A DNA stretch of 32,000 nt from Candidatus Nitrosopumilus koreensis AR1 (GTDB lineage Archaea; Thermoproteota; Nitrososphaeria; Nitrososphaerales; Nitrosopumilaceae). Positions 15,422-24,761 of the stretch are shown one piece after another. The stretch is from contig NC_018655.1 in NCBI RefSeq assembly GCF_000299365.1, positions 510,001 through 542,000 of the forward strand, given 5' to 3'. Numbering within the stretch: the first letter of the stretch is position 1; each line of letters opens with the position of its first letter. Made by a program: the position numbers and the translations under genes. Under the pieces are notes generated by a model. It saw only the letters and a program-made list of their open reading frames with translations, was not told where the DNA came from and did not search any database.

Positions 15422-16780
15422 CTAAATTGAATTAACTTTGATATTTTTTACTTTAATTGATGGTGTTACTGAGGGGAGTGATGCCCATTGGATGACGTTT
15501 TGTTGATTATTCCCAATTTCTAAAATATTTTTTAACATTATTGGAAGATTGTGAATTATTCTTACAGATTTTCCAGGGTTTTTAATTTCTCCATTTTCTA
15601 TAATTCTAACTCCGCTTCGTGCAGTACATGAAAAATCCCCTTTGATGGGATTCACTGCATATGTGTACCACAATCTCCCAATTAGTAACCCGTGTTTTGT
15701 ATCTTTAATCATATCTTCTTGCGAGGATTCTCCTGAATTGATTTTCAAATTATGTGGTGCTGATATTGGAATTGGTTCCGAACTTCGACCCATTGGAGAA
15801 CCTATTCTTGCAGCATTTCCAGTTGATTTTTTATCTTCTTTGTAACTATCAAAAAGATTTGAAAAAGTATTTTTAAAAACTCCATTTTGAATTAAATTAT
15901 TTTTTTGTGTCTTTAATCCTTCATCGTCAACTGATTTTGTTCCAATTCCTTCTGCAATATGGGGATCGTCTGTTAAATTAAAATCTGAAACTGCCACTTC
16001 TTCTTCTAAGTTATTTGAAAAACAGCTTTTCTTTTCTGAAAATGTTTTAAAATTAAAATTTAACGCTACTACAAATGCCAATAATTCTCCAACAGAATAT
16101 GGTTCAAAAATTATGGAATAGACATCTGTATCAATTTTTTTAGGATTTATTGACTCGATACACATTTTCTTTGCATCATTGCCAATCTGTTCTGCTGAAA
16201 ACTTTGATAACGTTCTACCGCTGACATGACCAATTCCTGATACTGGTAATGTTCCGTGTTCTGACTCTGCATTTATGATTCCTGAGATGTATGTTGATTT
16301 ATCTTTGAGATGTAGTCCGTTGGAGTTTTCTAGCTCAAAAAGTTCTGAAACTATGTTTAGTGAGCCTGTAATCGTATCAATTTTATCTGAATTTGTTGAA
16401 TTTATCATAGTTTGTGCGATATCCATTGCATCTGCACCTGTAATTTTTTCTAATTTTTCATCAAAAGTTCCTTTGAGATTTGTGATTGATACAGTTTCAG
16501 GTAGTCCCATCCAAAATTCTTTTGGTTTTAGATTTGATGTGGTTGAAAGTGCTAAATCTATTGCTTTTCCTAACTCTTCTTCCTTGTTGGTCTGAATGGA
16601 TGCAATTTTGTTTCCATGAATTAATCTCACTCCAAAACTCTTATCGAAACTTTGTTTAATTTCTGCAATCTCTGAATCTGTAATTCTTACTGTGATAATC
16701 TTTTTTTTCACAAAACTTATTTCACATTCATCAATTTGCCTTTTTTTTGAATGTTGTAATGCCTTTTCTAAGGCAGACAA
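15422..16780 (-). CDS. TldE/PmbA-family metallopeptidase-like protein (no HExxxH seen)
   Basis: 452 aa. C-terminal family pattern LLIGRLWYTYAVNPIKGDFSCTARSGVRIIENGEI. I found no HExxxH zinc motif, so it resembles the PmbA/TldE partner rather than TldD. The TTG start sits directly after the cofH TAA. Confidence 0.75.
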   Translation of the reverse strand: MSALEKALQHSKKRQIDECEISFVKKKIITVRITDSEIAEIKQSFDKSFGVRLIHGNKIASIQTNKEEELGKAIDLALSTTSNLKPKEFWMGLPETVSITNLKGTFDEKLEKITGADAMDIAQTMINSTNSDKIDTITGSLNIVSELFELENSNGLHLKDKSTYISGIINAESEHGTLPVSGIGHVSGRTLSKFSAEQIGNDAKKMCIESINPKKIDTDVYSIIFEPYSVGELLAFVVALNFNFKTFSEKKSCFSNNLEEEVAVSDFNLTDDPHIAEGIGTKSVDDEGLKTQKNNLIQNGVFKNTFSNLFDSYKEDKKSTGNAARIGSPMGRSSEPIPISAPHNLKINSGESSQEDMIKDTKHGLLIGRLWYTYAVNPIKGDFSCTARSGVRIIENGEIKNPGKSVRIIHNLPIMLKNILEIGNNQQNVIQWASLPSVTPSIKVKNIKVNSI

Positions 16781-18046
16781 TTACTTTCTCCTTGGATTTT
16801 GATAATTGAATTTGTTTATTTTAATCAATTCTACATATGATCCAAACTGTGTTGTGTTTGTAATTTTGTCAAGTTTGTCTTCTGATTCGTCACTGTCTTC
16901 AAACTTTTTTATTATTTTGTATTTTGTATTTCTTTCTGCAGGGACTCTGTTGATTTCTCTTACCATCCTTCTAATTTCTTTTGGTCTCAATAATTGTCCG
17001 TGTTCTGAACCTGCAGAAGTTGAAATACTTTCGTTAATTAAAGTTCCACCAAAATCATTAGCTCCCCACATTAATAATAATTGAGACATTTTTTGTCCTT
17101 CTTTAACCCATGACATCTGTATGTTATCGATGTAATTGTTCAACATTATTCTTGCAATTGCATGGGTGAGTAAAACATCGTTTCCACTTCCTCCCTGTCT
17201 AATTCCTTCATGTAATTGATGTTTGTACATTGGTGCTTCTGTATGAATAAAATTAAGCGGAACAAATTCTGTAAAACCCTTGGTTTCTTTTTGAATTTCC
17301 CTTAATTTTTCAATATGTTTTACTCTATCTTCATGAGATTCCAAGTGCCCAAACATCATAGTTGATGTTGTGTTTATTCCAATTTTGTGGGCGTTTTTGA
17401 TGACTCTTTCCCAATCTTTCACACTAATTCTGCCTGGTGAAATTTTGTCTCTTAATCTTTGATCAAGGATTTCAGCTGAAGTGCCTGGAAGTGTATCTAC
17501 TCCTGCTTCTTTCATTCTTTTGAGAAATTCTTCTATGCTTACACCTGAACGTGTGGCTCCATACAGAATTTCTTCAGGTGAGAATCCATGGATATGAATG
17601 TCTGGAATTTCCTTTTTGATTTCCCTACAAATATTTTCATACACATCTCCTTCCATGTCTGGTGGAAGCCCTGCTTGAATACAAACTTCAGTTGCCCCTA
17701 ACTGATGTGCCTCTTTTGCTCGACGTACGATCTCTTCTGTTGGTAGAAAATATCCTTCCTCTTCTCTAAAATCTCTGCTAAAAGCACAAAATCCACATTG
17801 TTTGATACATACATTTGTAAAATTGATATTTCTATTTACTACATAAGATACGACATTTCCTACTCTTCTCTTTCTTAATTCATCTGCTACCATTCCCACT
17901 AGATGAAACTCAATTCCAGATGTATTGTACAATTCCAAACCTTCTTTTGCAGAAACTTCTTTTTCTGAAAGAGCTTTGTTTAGAATTTCTGAAACAATCG
18001 GATCTGTATCTCTGAAAATAGCATCTATGTTTCTTATCATCTCCAA
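16781..18046 (-). CDS. cofH: 7,8-didemethyl-8-hydroxy-5-deazariboflavin (F0) synthase subunit CofH
   Basis: 421 aa. Radical-SAM motif CIKQCGFCAF preceded by VVNRNINFTNV. Overlaps cofG by 10 nt. Confidence 0.88.
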   Translation of the reverse strand: MEMIRNIDAIFRDTDPIVSEILNKALSEKEVSAKEGLELYNTSGIEFHLVGMVADELRKRRVGNVVSYVVNRNINFTNVCIKQCGFCAFSRDFREEEGYFLPTEEIVRRAKEAHQLGATEVCIQAGLPPDMEGDVYENICREIKKEIPDIHIHGFSPEEILYGATRSGVSIEEFLKRMKEAGVDTLPGTSAEILDQRLRDKISPGRISVKDWERVIKNAHKIGINTTSTMMFGHLESHEDRVKHIEKLREIQKETKGFTEFVPLNFIHTEAPMYKHQLHEGIRQGGSGNDVLLTHAIARIMLNNYIDNIQMSWVKEGQKMSQLLLMWGANDFGGTLINESISTSAGSEHGQLLRPKEIRRMVREINRVPAERNTKYKIIKKFEDSDESEDKLDKITNTTQFGSYVELIKINKFNYQNPRRK

Positions 18047-19205
18047 TACTCCTTCTTTACCAGACCTTCCTCATCTTGAACTTTTTCCATTTTTTCTTGT
18101 AGTTCTTTACTAATAAAAGAAAAGAATTCTGGATATATTGGAAACCTACATTTCAAATCAAATCCTGCCTGTTTAGAATTTTCTTCCACTCTGTTTATCT
18201 CCGGCCAGGAAAATTCTGGATTTACAAAATCGGGAGTTAATGGTGAAATTCCTCCCCAATCATTTATTCCCACTGACAAAAAACTTTGATACGACCTGGG
18301 TGAAAGGTTTGGTGGAATCTGTATGTTCATTTTAGGCATGATTATTCTGGATAATGCCACAATGATCTTGAAATATTTTTCATCAGCTGATGGCTCACCT
18401 CTCATTCTGGTATCTTGTTTTGGTTGGAAATTTTGTAAGATCACTTCTTGAATGTTTCCGTATTTTTGATGTAATTGTTTGATTGCTAATAACGAATCAA
18501 CAATCTCTTCTATGTTTTCCCCAATTCCTACAAGAATTCCTGTTGTCATTGGAATGCCTAACTTTCCAGAGTTTTCTAAAATCTCTAACCTTGCCTTTGG
18601 CCTTTTACTTGCTGCCAAGAAATGAGGCATTCCTTTCTCGGTTAACCTATCACTGATATTTTCAAGCATCAACCCCATTGAAACATTTGTTTTCTTTAAC
18701 TCCTTCATCTCTTCAAAATTCAAGTTTCCTGCATTGGTATGTGGAAATAACCCTTTTTCCAATGCTGTTTCGGATGCATGAATTAGGTATTCTGAAGTGG
18801 TTCTAAATCCATTTTCTCTTAACCAATCCCTTGCCTCTTGGTATCTTTGTTCAGGTTGCTCTCCTGTTACAAATAATGCTTCAACACATCTGTATTTTTT
18901 TGCAAGATCAAGTAATTCTGTAATTTGTTGCTTTGACATTAATGATAGTTTTTCTTCTCCTGGCTCTGCCTTGTATGTACAATATGAACAACTATCTTTG
19001 CAGAGATTAATGATGTTGAAAAATGCTTTTTTTGAAAATGTTACTGTGTTTCCCTTGTGTTTTTTCTTAAGACTTGTGCTGTTGAAAAAAGTTCGTTTGG
19101 ATCTTTTACTGCATGTTGATACACCTCTAAAATACTCTGACGTGAAATTTCCTTGTTGTCTAAAACATTGTTTAAACTCTCAGAATTTAAGACAAGTTTG
19201 TTCAA
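18037..19205 (-). CDS. cofG: F0 synthase subunit CofG, interrupted by a -1 frame change near 19059..19065
   Basis: The track ORF (18037..18939) starts at an internal Met. Its frame is open upstream to 19179 and encodes the radical-SAM motif NTVTFSKKAFFNIINLCKDSCSYCTY, yet has no ATG/GTG/TTG. A 54-codon ORF in the adjacent frame runs from TTG 19205 to a TAA stop at 19043..19041 (MNKLVLNSESLNNVLDNKEISRQSILEVYQHAVKDPNELFSTAQVLRKNTRETQ). It supplies a plausible N-terminus and joins the main frame by a -1 shift. Confidence 0.8.
19059..19065 (-). other. In-phase -1 slippery heptamer A_AAA_AAC at the cofG frame junction
   Basis: The upstream frame reads AGA AAA AAC ACA. After a -1 slip the next codon is CAC, giving ...AQVLRKN-HKGNTVTFSKK.... 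Equally explained by one missing A in an A6 run. Confidence 0.35.
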
Positions 19206-19247
19206 CAGAATGAGTTCTTGATTAAGGGTATTTATGCTTGTATAGAA

Positions 19248-20393
19248 TTAATTTCCGTTTGGTCTTTCTTGAAGAATAATTGAGACATTTGTAGTTCTGC
19301 CATCTCTTAAAACCTCTAAAATCATCTCGTCTCCAACTGCTTTTGCTCTTTGAAGGTGAATCAAAATATCATCAATTTTTCTTACTTCGATTCCATCCAC
19401 TGATAAGATGATGTCTCCTCCCATTGGATAGTTTACACCATCAACATCAATTGTTTTGTCTGATCCAATAAGACCTGCTTTAGATGCTGGACTGTCTTCT
19501 ACTACTGTTACTATTAAAAAGCCAACTGCATCTTGAAGCTCTAATGCTTTAGCCAAATCAGGATCAATATCTCTGCCTGAAATTCCTATCCATGGATGCT
19601 TGTATTCTCCATTTTCAATTAGTGTCGGAATTATTTTTGCAACTGTCTGTGATGGTATCGCAAATCCTACACCTGTAAATTCACCTGTTGCTGATTGAAT
19701 TGCCGTGTTGATTCCAACCACTTCCCCTCTCATGTTTAATAATGGTCCTCCAGAGTTTCCTGGATTAATTGCTGCATCTGTTTGAATGACATCTGGGATG
19801 GAGTATCCTGAAGAAGCTAGTGGGAGCAATCTTCCTAATTGGCTAACAATTCCTGATGTCATGGAACCTGATAATCCAAAGGGATTGCCTATGGCTGCTA
19901 TGGGTTCTCCAACTTTGAGGTTAGAAGAATCTCCTATTAGTAATGGACGTAACAATGCTAAATCTGCATTAACTTTGATTATTGCAAGATCTGTAAATTC
20001 ATCTACTCCTATAATCTCTGCATTATATGATCTTCCGTCAAGAAATGTCACAATAATTTTTTGTGCATTATTAATTACGTGTGCATTTGTAATTACATGT
20101 CCATTTTTGTCAAAAACAAAACCTGAACCCACTCCTCCAACAGAATCTGCATTTTCTCCTCTCTGAACATTGACTCGTACTACTCCTGGTTCTGATTTTT
20201 CAAATATTTCAATTAATGATAATTTTTTTGTATGCGTAGGGGTGATTTCTCCCACAGTGCTTGGATCATGTCCGTTGCTGACTATGATGTTTGGTTTCTC
20301 TACTTCTGGCGGTGAAACAAATAGTACTGCAAAAATTACTATTACGATCGTAGCTCCTATGGCCCCACCTACAAATACGCCTGATTTGTCCAT
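19248..20393 (-). CDS. HtrA/DegP-family serine protease with PDZ domain, membrane anchored
   Basis: 381 aa with an N-terminal TM helix. Catalytic-triad contexts HVITNAHV, TDLAIIKV and TDAAINPGNSGGPLLN. C-terminal PDZ-like region GDIILSVDGIEV. Confidence 0.9.
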   Translation of the reverse strand: MDKSGVFVGGAIGATIVIVIFAVLFVSPPEVEKPNIIVSNGHDPSTVGEITPTHTKKLSLIEIFEKSEPGVVRVNVQRGENADSVGGVGSGFVFDKNGHVITNAHVINNAQKIIVTFLDGRSYNAEIIGVDEFTDLAIIKVNADLALLRPLLIGDSSNLKVGEPIAAIGNPFGLSGSMTSGIVSQLGRLLPLASSGYSIPDVIQTDAAINPGNSGGPLLNMRGEVVGINTAIQSATGEFTGVGFAIPSQTVAKIIPTLIENGEYKHPWIGISGRDIDPDLAKALELQDAVGFLIVTVVEDSPASKAGLIGSDKTIDVDGVNYPMGGDIILSVDGIEVRKIDDILIHLQRAKAVGDEMILEVLRDGRTTNVSIILQERPNGN

Positions 20394-20431
20394 GAGGTTT
20401 TTTGTTTCTTATTTTATATCTAAAAGGCTTG

Positions 20432-21640
20432 CTATACACTAATTGAACTCTGAGAATGATCTTTCATGGAATAACTTCTTCCTCTCCAAGTAACTGATGA
20501 TTCTTTGTTGGCTTGAAGTAATCCACTCAAAAATCCTAAAACCACAACTAGGCTGCCTAATGGAGCAAATAATGCATGAACTAATCTTAACTCTAATCCT
20601 TTTTTTGCTTCAACTATTGCCCCGATGTAAATTAATAATAATGCCATAAACGATGTGACACAAAGAGTGTTTGCAGATATAGTTTCATTAGGTAATGCTA
20701 TGGATGCTGCAAAAATTGGAAATGGTACAAATAGTAAAAACAACACTGCAAAGAAAATTCCCACAGCTATTTTTCCACTTTGTAGATACAAGGGAATCAT
20801 TAATCTTTTTAATGCATTCCAAAGTGTGCTCTTGTCTCTTGCCCATACTGCATCAATGAGGTGTTCTCCTCTTACCATTTTCATTTTATGACCCGATTCT
20901 TTTACTTTCTTTCCTAGTGCGCCATCTTCAATTATTTCGTGTTTGACTCCTTCATGCATGCCAACTTGTTCGTATGTTTTTTTCTTCAAAATGAAGAAAC
21001 TACCAAAAAAATACCCTGTCTTCTTTGAAGGATTGTTGACATTTAATGCAGAAAATCTTGTGTGCAAGAACGTGGAGATCATTGGGAGTGTAATTTTTGT
21101 CCAAAAATCAAATGTTAACATTTTTGGAATAACTGATAATGCATCTAAATCAAATGAAATAAGATGCGCCACTGCAAGAGACACTACATTTTTTTGATGT
21201 GTTGTATCTGCGTCGGTAAATAATAACAAGTCTCCTGTTGCCTTTCGATATCCCTCCATGCATGCCCAGTTTTTCCCCATCCATCCATCTGGTTTTGTTT
21301 TTGCAGATACGTGAATGACTTTGGAATATTTATTAGCATACTCTGAAATTATTTCTCCAGTAGAATCTTCTGATGAATCATCAATTACGATGATCTCATA
21401 GTTTTGATAATCTTGGTTAATCAAAGAGTCTAAACATTTTCCAAGAAATTCTTCTTCATTTCTTGCTGGAAGTATTATTGATACTTTGGGAGATGTTTTT
21501 GCAGTATTTTTGAATCTGTCAAGATATGGTGTTAATCTAAACGAATCTGACATTGATTTTATTAAAAATATCCACGCCCCGCATATTCCAATTAGAATTG
21601 CAGACAACGAATAATTGAAAACATCAAATGCTATGTCCAT
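20432..21640 (-). CDS. Family 2 glycosyltransferase with multiple TM helices
   Basis: VSIILPARNEEEFLGKCLDSLINQDYQNYEIIVIDDSSEDST and the DxD-like LLFTDADT. Hydrophobic C-terminal third. The track starts at GTG 21643; ATG 21640 is more likely. Confidence 0.85.
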   Translation of the reverse strand: MDIAFDVFNYSLSAILIGICGAWIFLIKSMSDSFRLTPYLDRFKNTAKTSPKVSIILPARNEEEFLGKCLDSLINQDYQNYEIIVIDDSSEDSTGEIISEYANKYSKVIHVSAKTKPDGWMGKNWACMEGYRKATGDLLLFTDADTTHQKNVVSLAVAHLISFDLDALSVIPKMLTFDFWTKITLPMISTFLHTRFSALNVNNPSKKTGYFFGSFFILKKKTYEQVGMHEGVKHEIIEDGALGKKVKESGHKMKMVRGEHLIDAVWARDKSTLWNALKRLMIPLYLQSGKIAVGIFFAVLFLLFVPFPIFAASIALPNETISANTLCVTSFMALLLIYIGAIVEAKKGLELRLVHALFAPLGSLVVVLGFLSGLLQANKESSVTWRGRSYSMKDHSQSSISV

Positions 21641-21642
21641 CA

Positions 21643-22083
21643 CTATCTCTCGATTTCTTCTTTGATACTTTGCATAGCCTGCTCAGTGCCACTTTTGATG
21701 TGATTTTTTATCATGCCTGTAAACATGCTCATCATACCTGTTAGTTTGATGTTCCAATCTGTTTGTAGTATGGTATGGTTTCCCTCTGGGATTAATGATA
21801 CAATTTTTTCACCGTTGATTATGCCTTTGGTAAATTTTGCATGAATTCTGTCTTTTGGCTCTATGGTGACTTCTTGCATGCATTTTTGATCTCGAAATGC
21901 TATTGTGATCTCTCTGTTTATTGTATTTTCATTCTTTGAGATGTTTCTTACTTCTTTTGTTCCTTTCCAAAACTTTGGTTCATTATCGATATCTGAGACC
22001 ACATCCCATACTTTTTCAACTGGAGCATTGATTTTGAGTTTGACTTGTATTGTAGCCATGAAGTGCAATTGTTCATTCCGCAT
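21643..22083 (-). CDS. SRPBCC (START/Bet v1-like) superfamily protein
   Basis: 146 aa. ATIQVKLKINAPVEKVWDVVSDIDNEPKFW is the typical N-terminal strand plus helix of SRPBCC proteins. The internal Met at 22059 may be the real start. Confidence 0.65.
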   Translation of the reverse strand: MRNEQLHFMATIQVKLKINAPVEKVWDVVSDIDNEPKFWKGTKEVRNISKNENTINREITIAFRDQKCMQEVTIEPKDRIHAKFTKGIINGEKIVSLIPEGNHTILQTDWNIKLTGMMSMFTGMIKNHIKSGTEQAMQSIKEEIER

Positions 22084-22214
22084 TAAATATATTAGATTCC
22101 CATTCTATTGCAAATAGACTGTGATGGGCAACATGCCTAAAATCCAGAACAGTAACTCCAGTTCTAATGGCGTTTGCCATTCTTCCGTCACAGTCACCCA
22201 ATCTTTGAAAGAAA

Positions 22215-22430
22215 ATGAAACCTTCGAAATATATGCCAAAAATAGGAACCTTTGATGGTGTCGGCTTTTGGAAAAATGCATACGCACATCAACGTGGAAA
22301 ATTATTAAAAAAAGTCAATGTACCTGATGATCAAATTGTTGAACTTGTTAACAAAAAATACATGGAGCTTCCAGCAGCATTAAGATATGAAATTGAAACT
22401 AGCGGCATTGATAAAAAAGATCTGCAGTAA
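22215..22430 (+). CDS. Hypothetical small protein (71 aa)
   Basis: ORF with an ATG start and balanced, non-repetitive composition. Divergent from the SRPBCC gene. No family recognised. Confidence 0.4.
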   Translation: MKPSKYMPKIGTFDGVGFWKNAYAHQRGKLLKKVNVPDDQIVELVNKKYMELPAALRYEIETSGIDKKDLQ

Positions 22431-22468
22431 TTCGAAATTCATTTAATGGGCCATATTGTTGTTTTTTC

Positions 22469-22798
22469 ATGTCAAATGTATCTTATGACGATTTTGCAAA
22501 ATTAGACATTAGGGTAGCAAAAATCATTGCAACAGAACCTATTGAAGGTAAATCAAGAATTATCAAAGGACGAATTGATTTGGGAAATGATGATCACCGT
22601 GATGTAATTATTGGTGGTGCTCAATACTTTCAACCTGAGGACATTGTTGGAAAAACCGTAATCGTCCTTGCAAATCTAGAGCCAAAGAAAATGGCGGGAG
22701 TTGAATCTAATGCAATGCTTTTAGCTGCAGATGTTGATGATAAACCATTTTGGTTAACTGTAGAAGAAGATGTTCCTTTGGGAAGTCCTGTCAAATAA
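22469..22798 (+). CDS. tRNA-binding domain protein (CsaA / Trbp111 / EMAP-like OB fold)
   Basis: 109 aa. DFAKLDIRVAKIIATEPIEG...VANLEPKKMAGVESNAMLLAA is the classic tRNA_bind domain pattern. Confidence 0.85.
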   Translation: MSNVSYDDFAKLDIRVAKIIATEPIEGKSRIIKGRIDLGNDDHRDVIIGGAQYFQPEDIVGKTVIVLANLEPKKMAGVESNAMLLAADVDDKPFWLTVEEDVPLGSPVK

Positions 22799-22940
22799 TC
22801 TATTAAAGATAAAAACTCGAGCCAATTTCATTTTTTTCTATTAATCCTATTTTCTAAATCTTGTATTGTATCTGCAAAATTTAATTGTCTATGTATACTT
22901 GAATTATTAAATAATTAATGAAAATATGTTTGATTTATGA

Positions 22941-23501
22941 CTAGTCATAAATCATTAGATCTTTTTCTTCTAGTAATGCATGTAAATTATTTACAGATCT
23001 GTAAACATCTGGTTCTTTCTTTGCTCCTGTACAGACAAGTTTTCCTGAGGAAAACAACAAAATGACTGTTTTAGGATCTAGCATTCTATGAATAAGTCCT
23101 GGAAATTGCTCTGGTTCGTACATACTTCTTGGTAGTGTTCTTGCAGCTTGTTCTAAGTGAATTTTTCCACCTAGATTAATTGATGCAACAATATTTTGAA
23201 TTTCTACTACTGCATCTTTCTTTACTTTGATTCCTCCTTTTCGAAGTTTTTGTACAACTGTCTTTACTGCTTTTCTTGCCATCTCTTCTGACTTGGAACC
23301 CGTACATACCATTTTACCTGAAGTGAAAATCAATGTTGCAGTTTTTGGACTCTTTAATCTAAAAACTAGCCCTGGAAATTGATCAGGATGATATTCTACA
23401 TCTGGAAATGTTCTGGTAATCTCATTCAAGTCCATCTTTTGATCTACAGATGCCGAAGCTACTACATTTTCCACACTTACGATAGGTTTGGTTTGTGGCA
23501 T
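22941..23501 (-). CDS. tbp: TATA-box binding protein
   Basis: 186 aa. Two direct repeats: IENVVASASV...YHPDQFPGLVFRL...TATLIFTSGKMVCTGSKS and IQNIVASINL...YEPEQFPGLIHRM...VILLFSSGKLVCTGAKK. Confidence 0.95.
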   Translation of the reverse strand: MPQTKPIVSVENVVASASVDQKMDLNEITRTFPDVEYHPDQFPGLVFRLKSPKTATLIFTSGKMVCTGSKSEEMARKAVKTVVQKLRKGGIKVKKDAVVEIQNIVASINLGGKIHLEQAARTLPRSMYEPEQFPGLIHRMLDPKTVILLFSSGKLVCTGAKKEPDVYRSVNNLHALLEEKDLMIYD

Positions 23502-23639
23502 ATTCGATTTTTTTGTATTTTAACTATAATAAAAGCACTCGCCATATTTTTTACCATCTGTAGGCATTTTCCTCATTTTTTTGACTTAATTGTGTATTGG
23601 ACGAATGGTTTAATTGAGATCTGACGATCGTGAAATTTA

Positions 23640-24761
23640 GTGAATTTTACTAATTTTGATTTTGAACAATTATTTGGAATGAAAGATGATACTAACCCTT
23701 TGATGATGTTGGTTTGGATTTTGCCCATTATCATCTTCATTTTTTACGGCCAACGAATTCAGTTGTATGTCACTTCAGGTGAAATCAAAAAAGGAATAAA
23801 AAAACTAGGTGAATTTAGAGATGAATCAAGAAATGAGTTGCTTGACTACATCAATAAACAACTGAATCCGAAAAGTAACCCCGAAAAAAAAATTGATCAA
23901 TTTTTAGATTATTTTACTATCATGCCTGTTGATATGGATCCAAATGGCATTGTTGAGAAAGTTCAGCATACAGTAAGATCAAGAGAAGACTATACACGTG
24001 AACATGTAAAATCACTTTTTTCTGAAATACCTGATGTTGAATTATCCAAAGTCCAAACTTTACTTGAAATTGCATCTTCATTGCAGATGATTCATAAAAT
24101 TATCAATCACATGTTTTTAACTGCAAAAAAACAAAATAACTATCCTTTAATTTTGCCCCTTCAAATGATTCTGCCTTTTATAATGGAGCAGGCAGAAGCC
24201 ATGAAAGAAGCAGTACCTGTATTTAAAACAGGACAACCTGTAGGTGATGGAATTGGACCTATGGTTGTTGGAAAAATGATGTTAAATAGTCCAAAAGAAG
24301 CAATTGCATTTCAAACTGCACTTGTAAAAACTGAATTTGAAAACAGAAAATTATTTTTATTAAAAGCAGAAGGTCCTGGGTCTACTGTAGGACGCCCTGC
24401 GGATGCGTTAGAATCGATAATTTCAGAAAATAAAATTGACGCAATAATCATGATTGATGCTGCATTAAAAATGGAAGGTGAGGACTCTGCATCTGTTGCA
24501 CGTGGTTTTGGTGCAGCTATTGGGGGAATCGGAACTGAAAAATTCCACATAGAGGCAATTGCAGTTGAAAAACAAATTCCAATTTTTTCCATTGTCGTAA
24601 AACAATCTGTTAAAGAAGCAATTACTCTAATGACAAAAGAAATTGCAAACCAAGCAGATGATGTACGTTCACAAGTCTATGAAATGATTAAAGAAAATAC
24701 TCAGGAAGGACAATCTGTGGTAATAATAGGTGTTGGAAATACTGTGGGAGTTCCTCAATAA
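23640..24761 (+). CDS. Archaeal DUF1512-like membrane-anchored protein
   Basis: 373 aa with a GTG start. N-terminal TM helix LMMLVWILPIIIFIFYGQRIQ followed by a soluble domain. Resembles the DUF1512 family as I remember it; not verified. Confidence 0.5.
   Translation: MNFTNFDFEQLFGMKDDTNPLMMLVWILPIIIFIFYGQRIQLYVTSGEIKKGIKKLGEFRDESRNELLDYINKQLNPKSNPEKKIDQFLDYFTIMPVDMDPNGIVEKVQHTVRSREDYTREHVKSLFSEIPDVELSKVQTLLEIASSLQMIHKIINHMFLTAKKQNNYPLILPLQMILPFIMEQAEAMKEAVPVFKTGQPVGDGIGPMVVGKMMLNSPKEAIAFQTALVKTEFENRKLFLLKAEGPGSTVGRPADALESIISENKIDAIIMIDAALKMEGEDSASVARGFGAAIGGIGTEKFHIEAIAVEKQIPIFSIVVKQSVKEAITLMTKEIANQADDVRSQVYEMIKENTQEGQSVVIIGVGNTVGVPQ

Noticed and set aside
18797-19213. 138-aa + strand ORF over the cofG 5' region
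   Set aside because: It lies antisense to the frame that encodes the CofG radical-SAM motif. It appears only because the cofG 5' part is split into two frames, which leaves the opposite strand as the longest listed ORF.
22105-22287. 60-aa minus-strand ORF between the SRPBCC gene and ORF 22215
   Set aside because: It overlaps the better-looking + ORF and the likely promoter region. The composition is odd (H/F/W-rich) and nothing supports coding.
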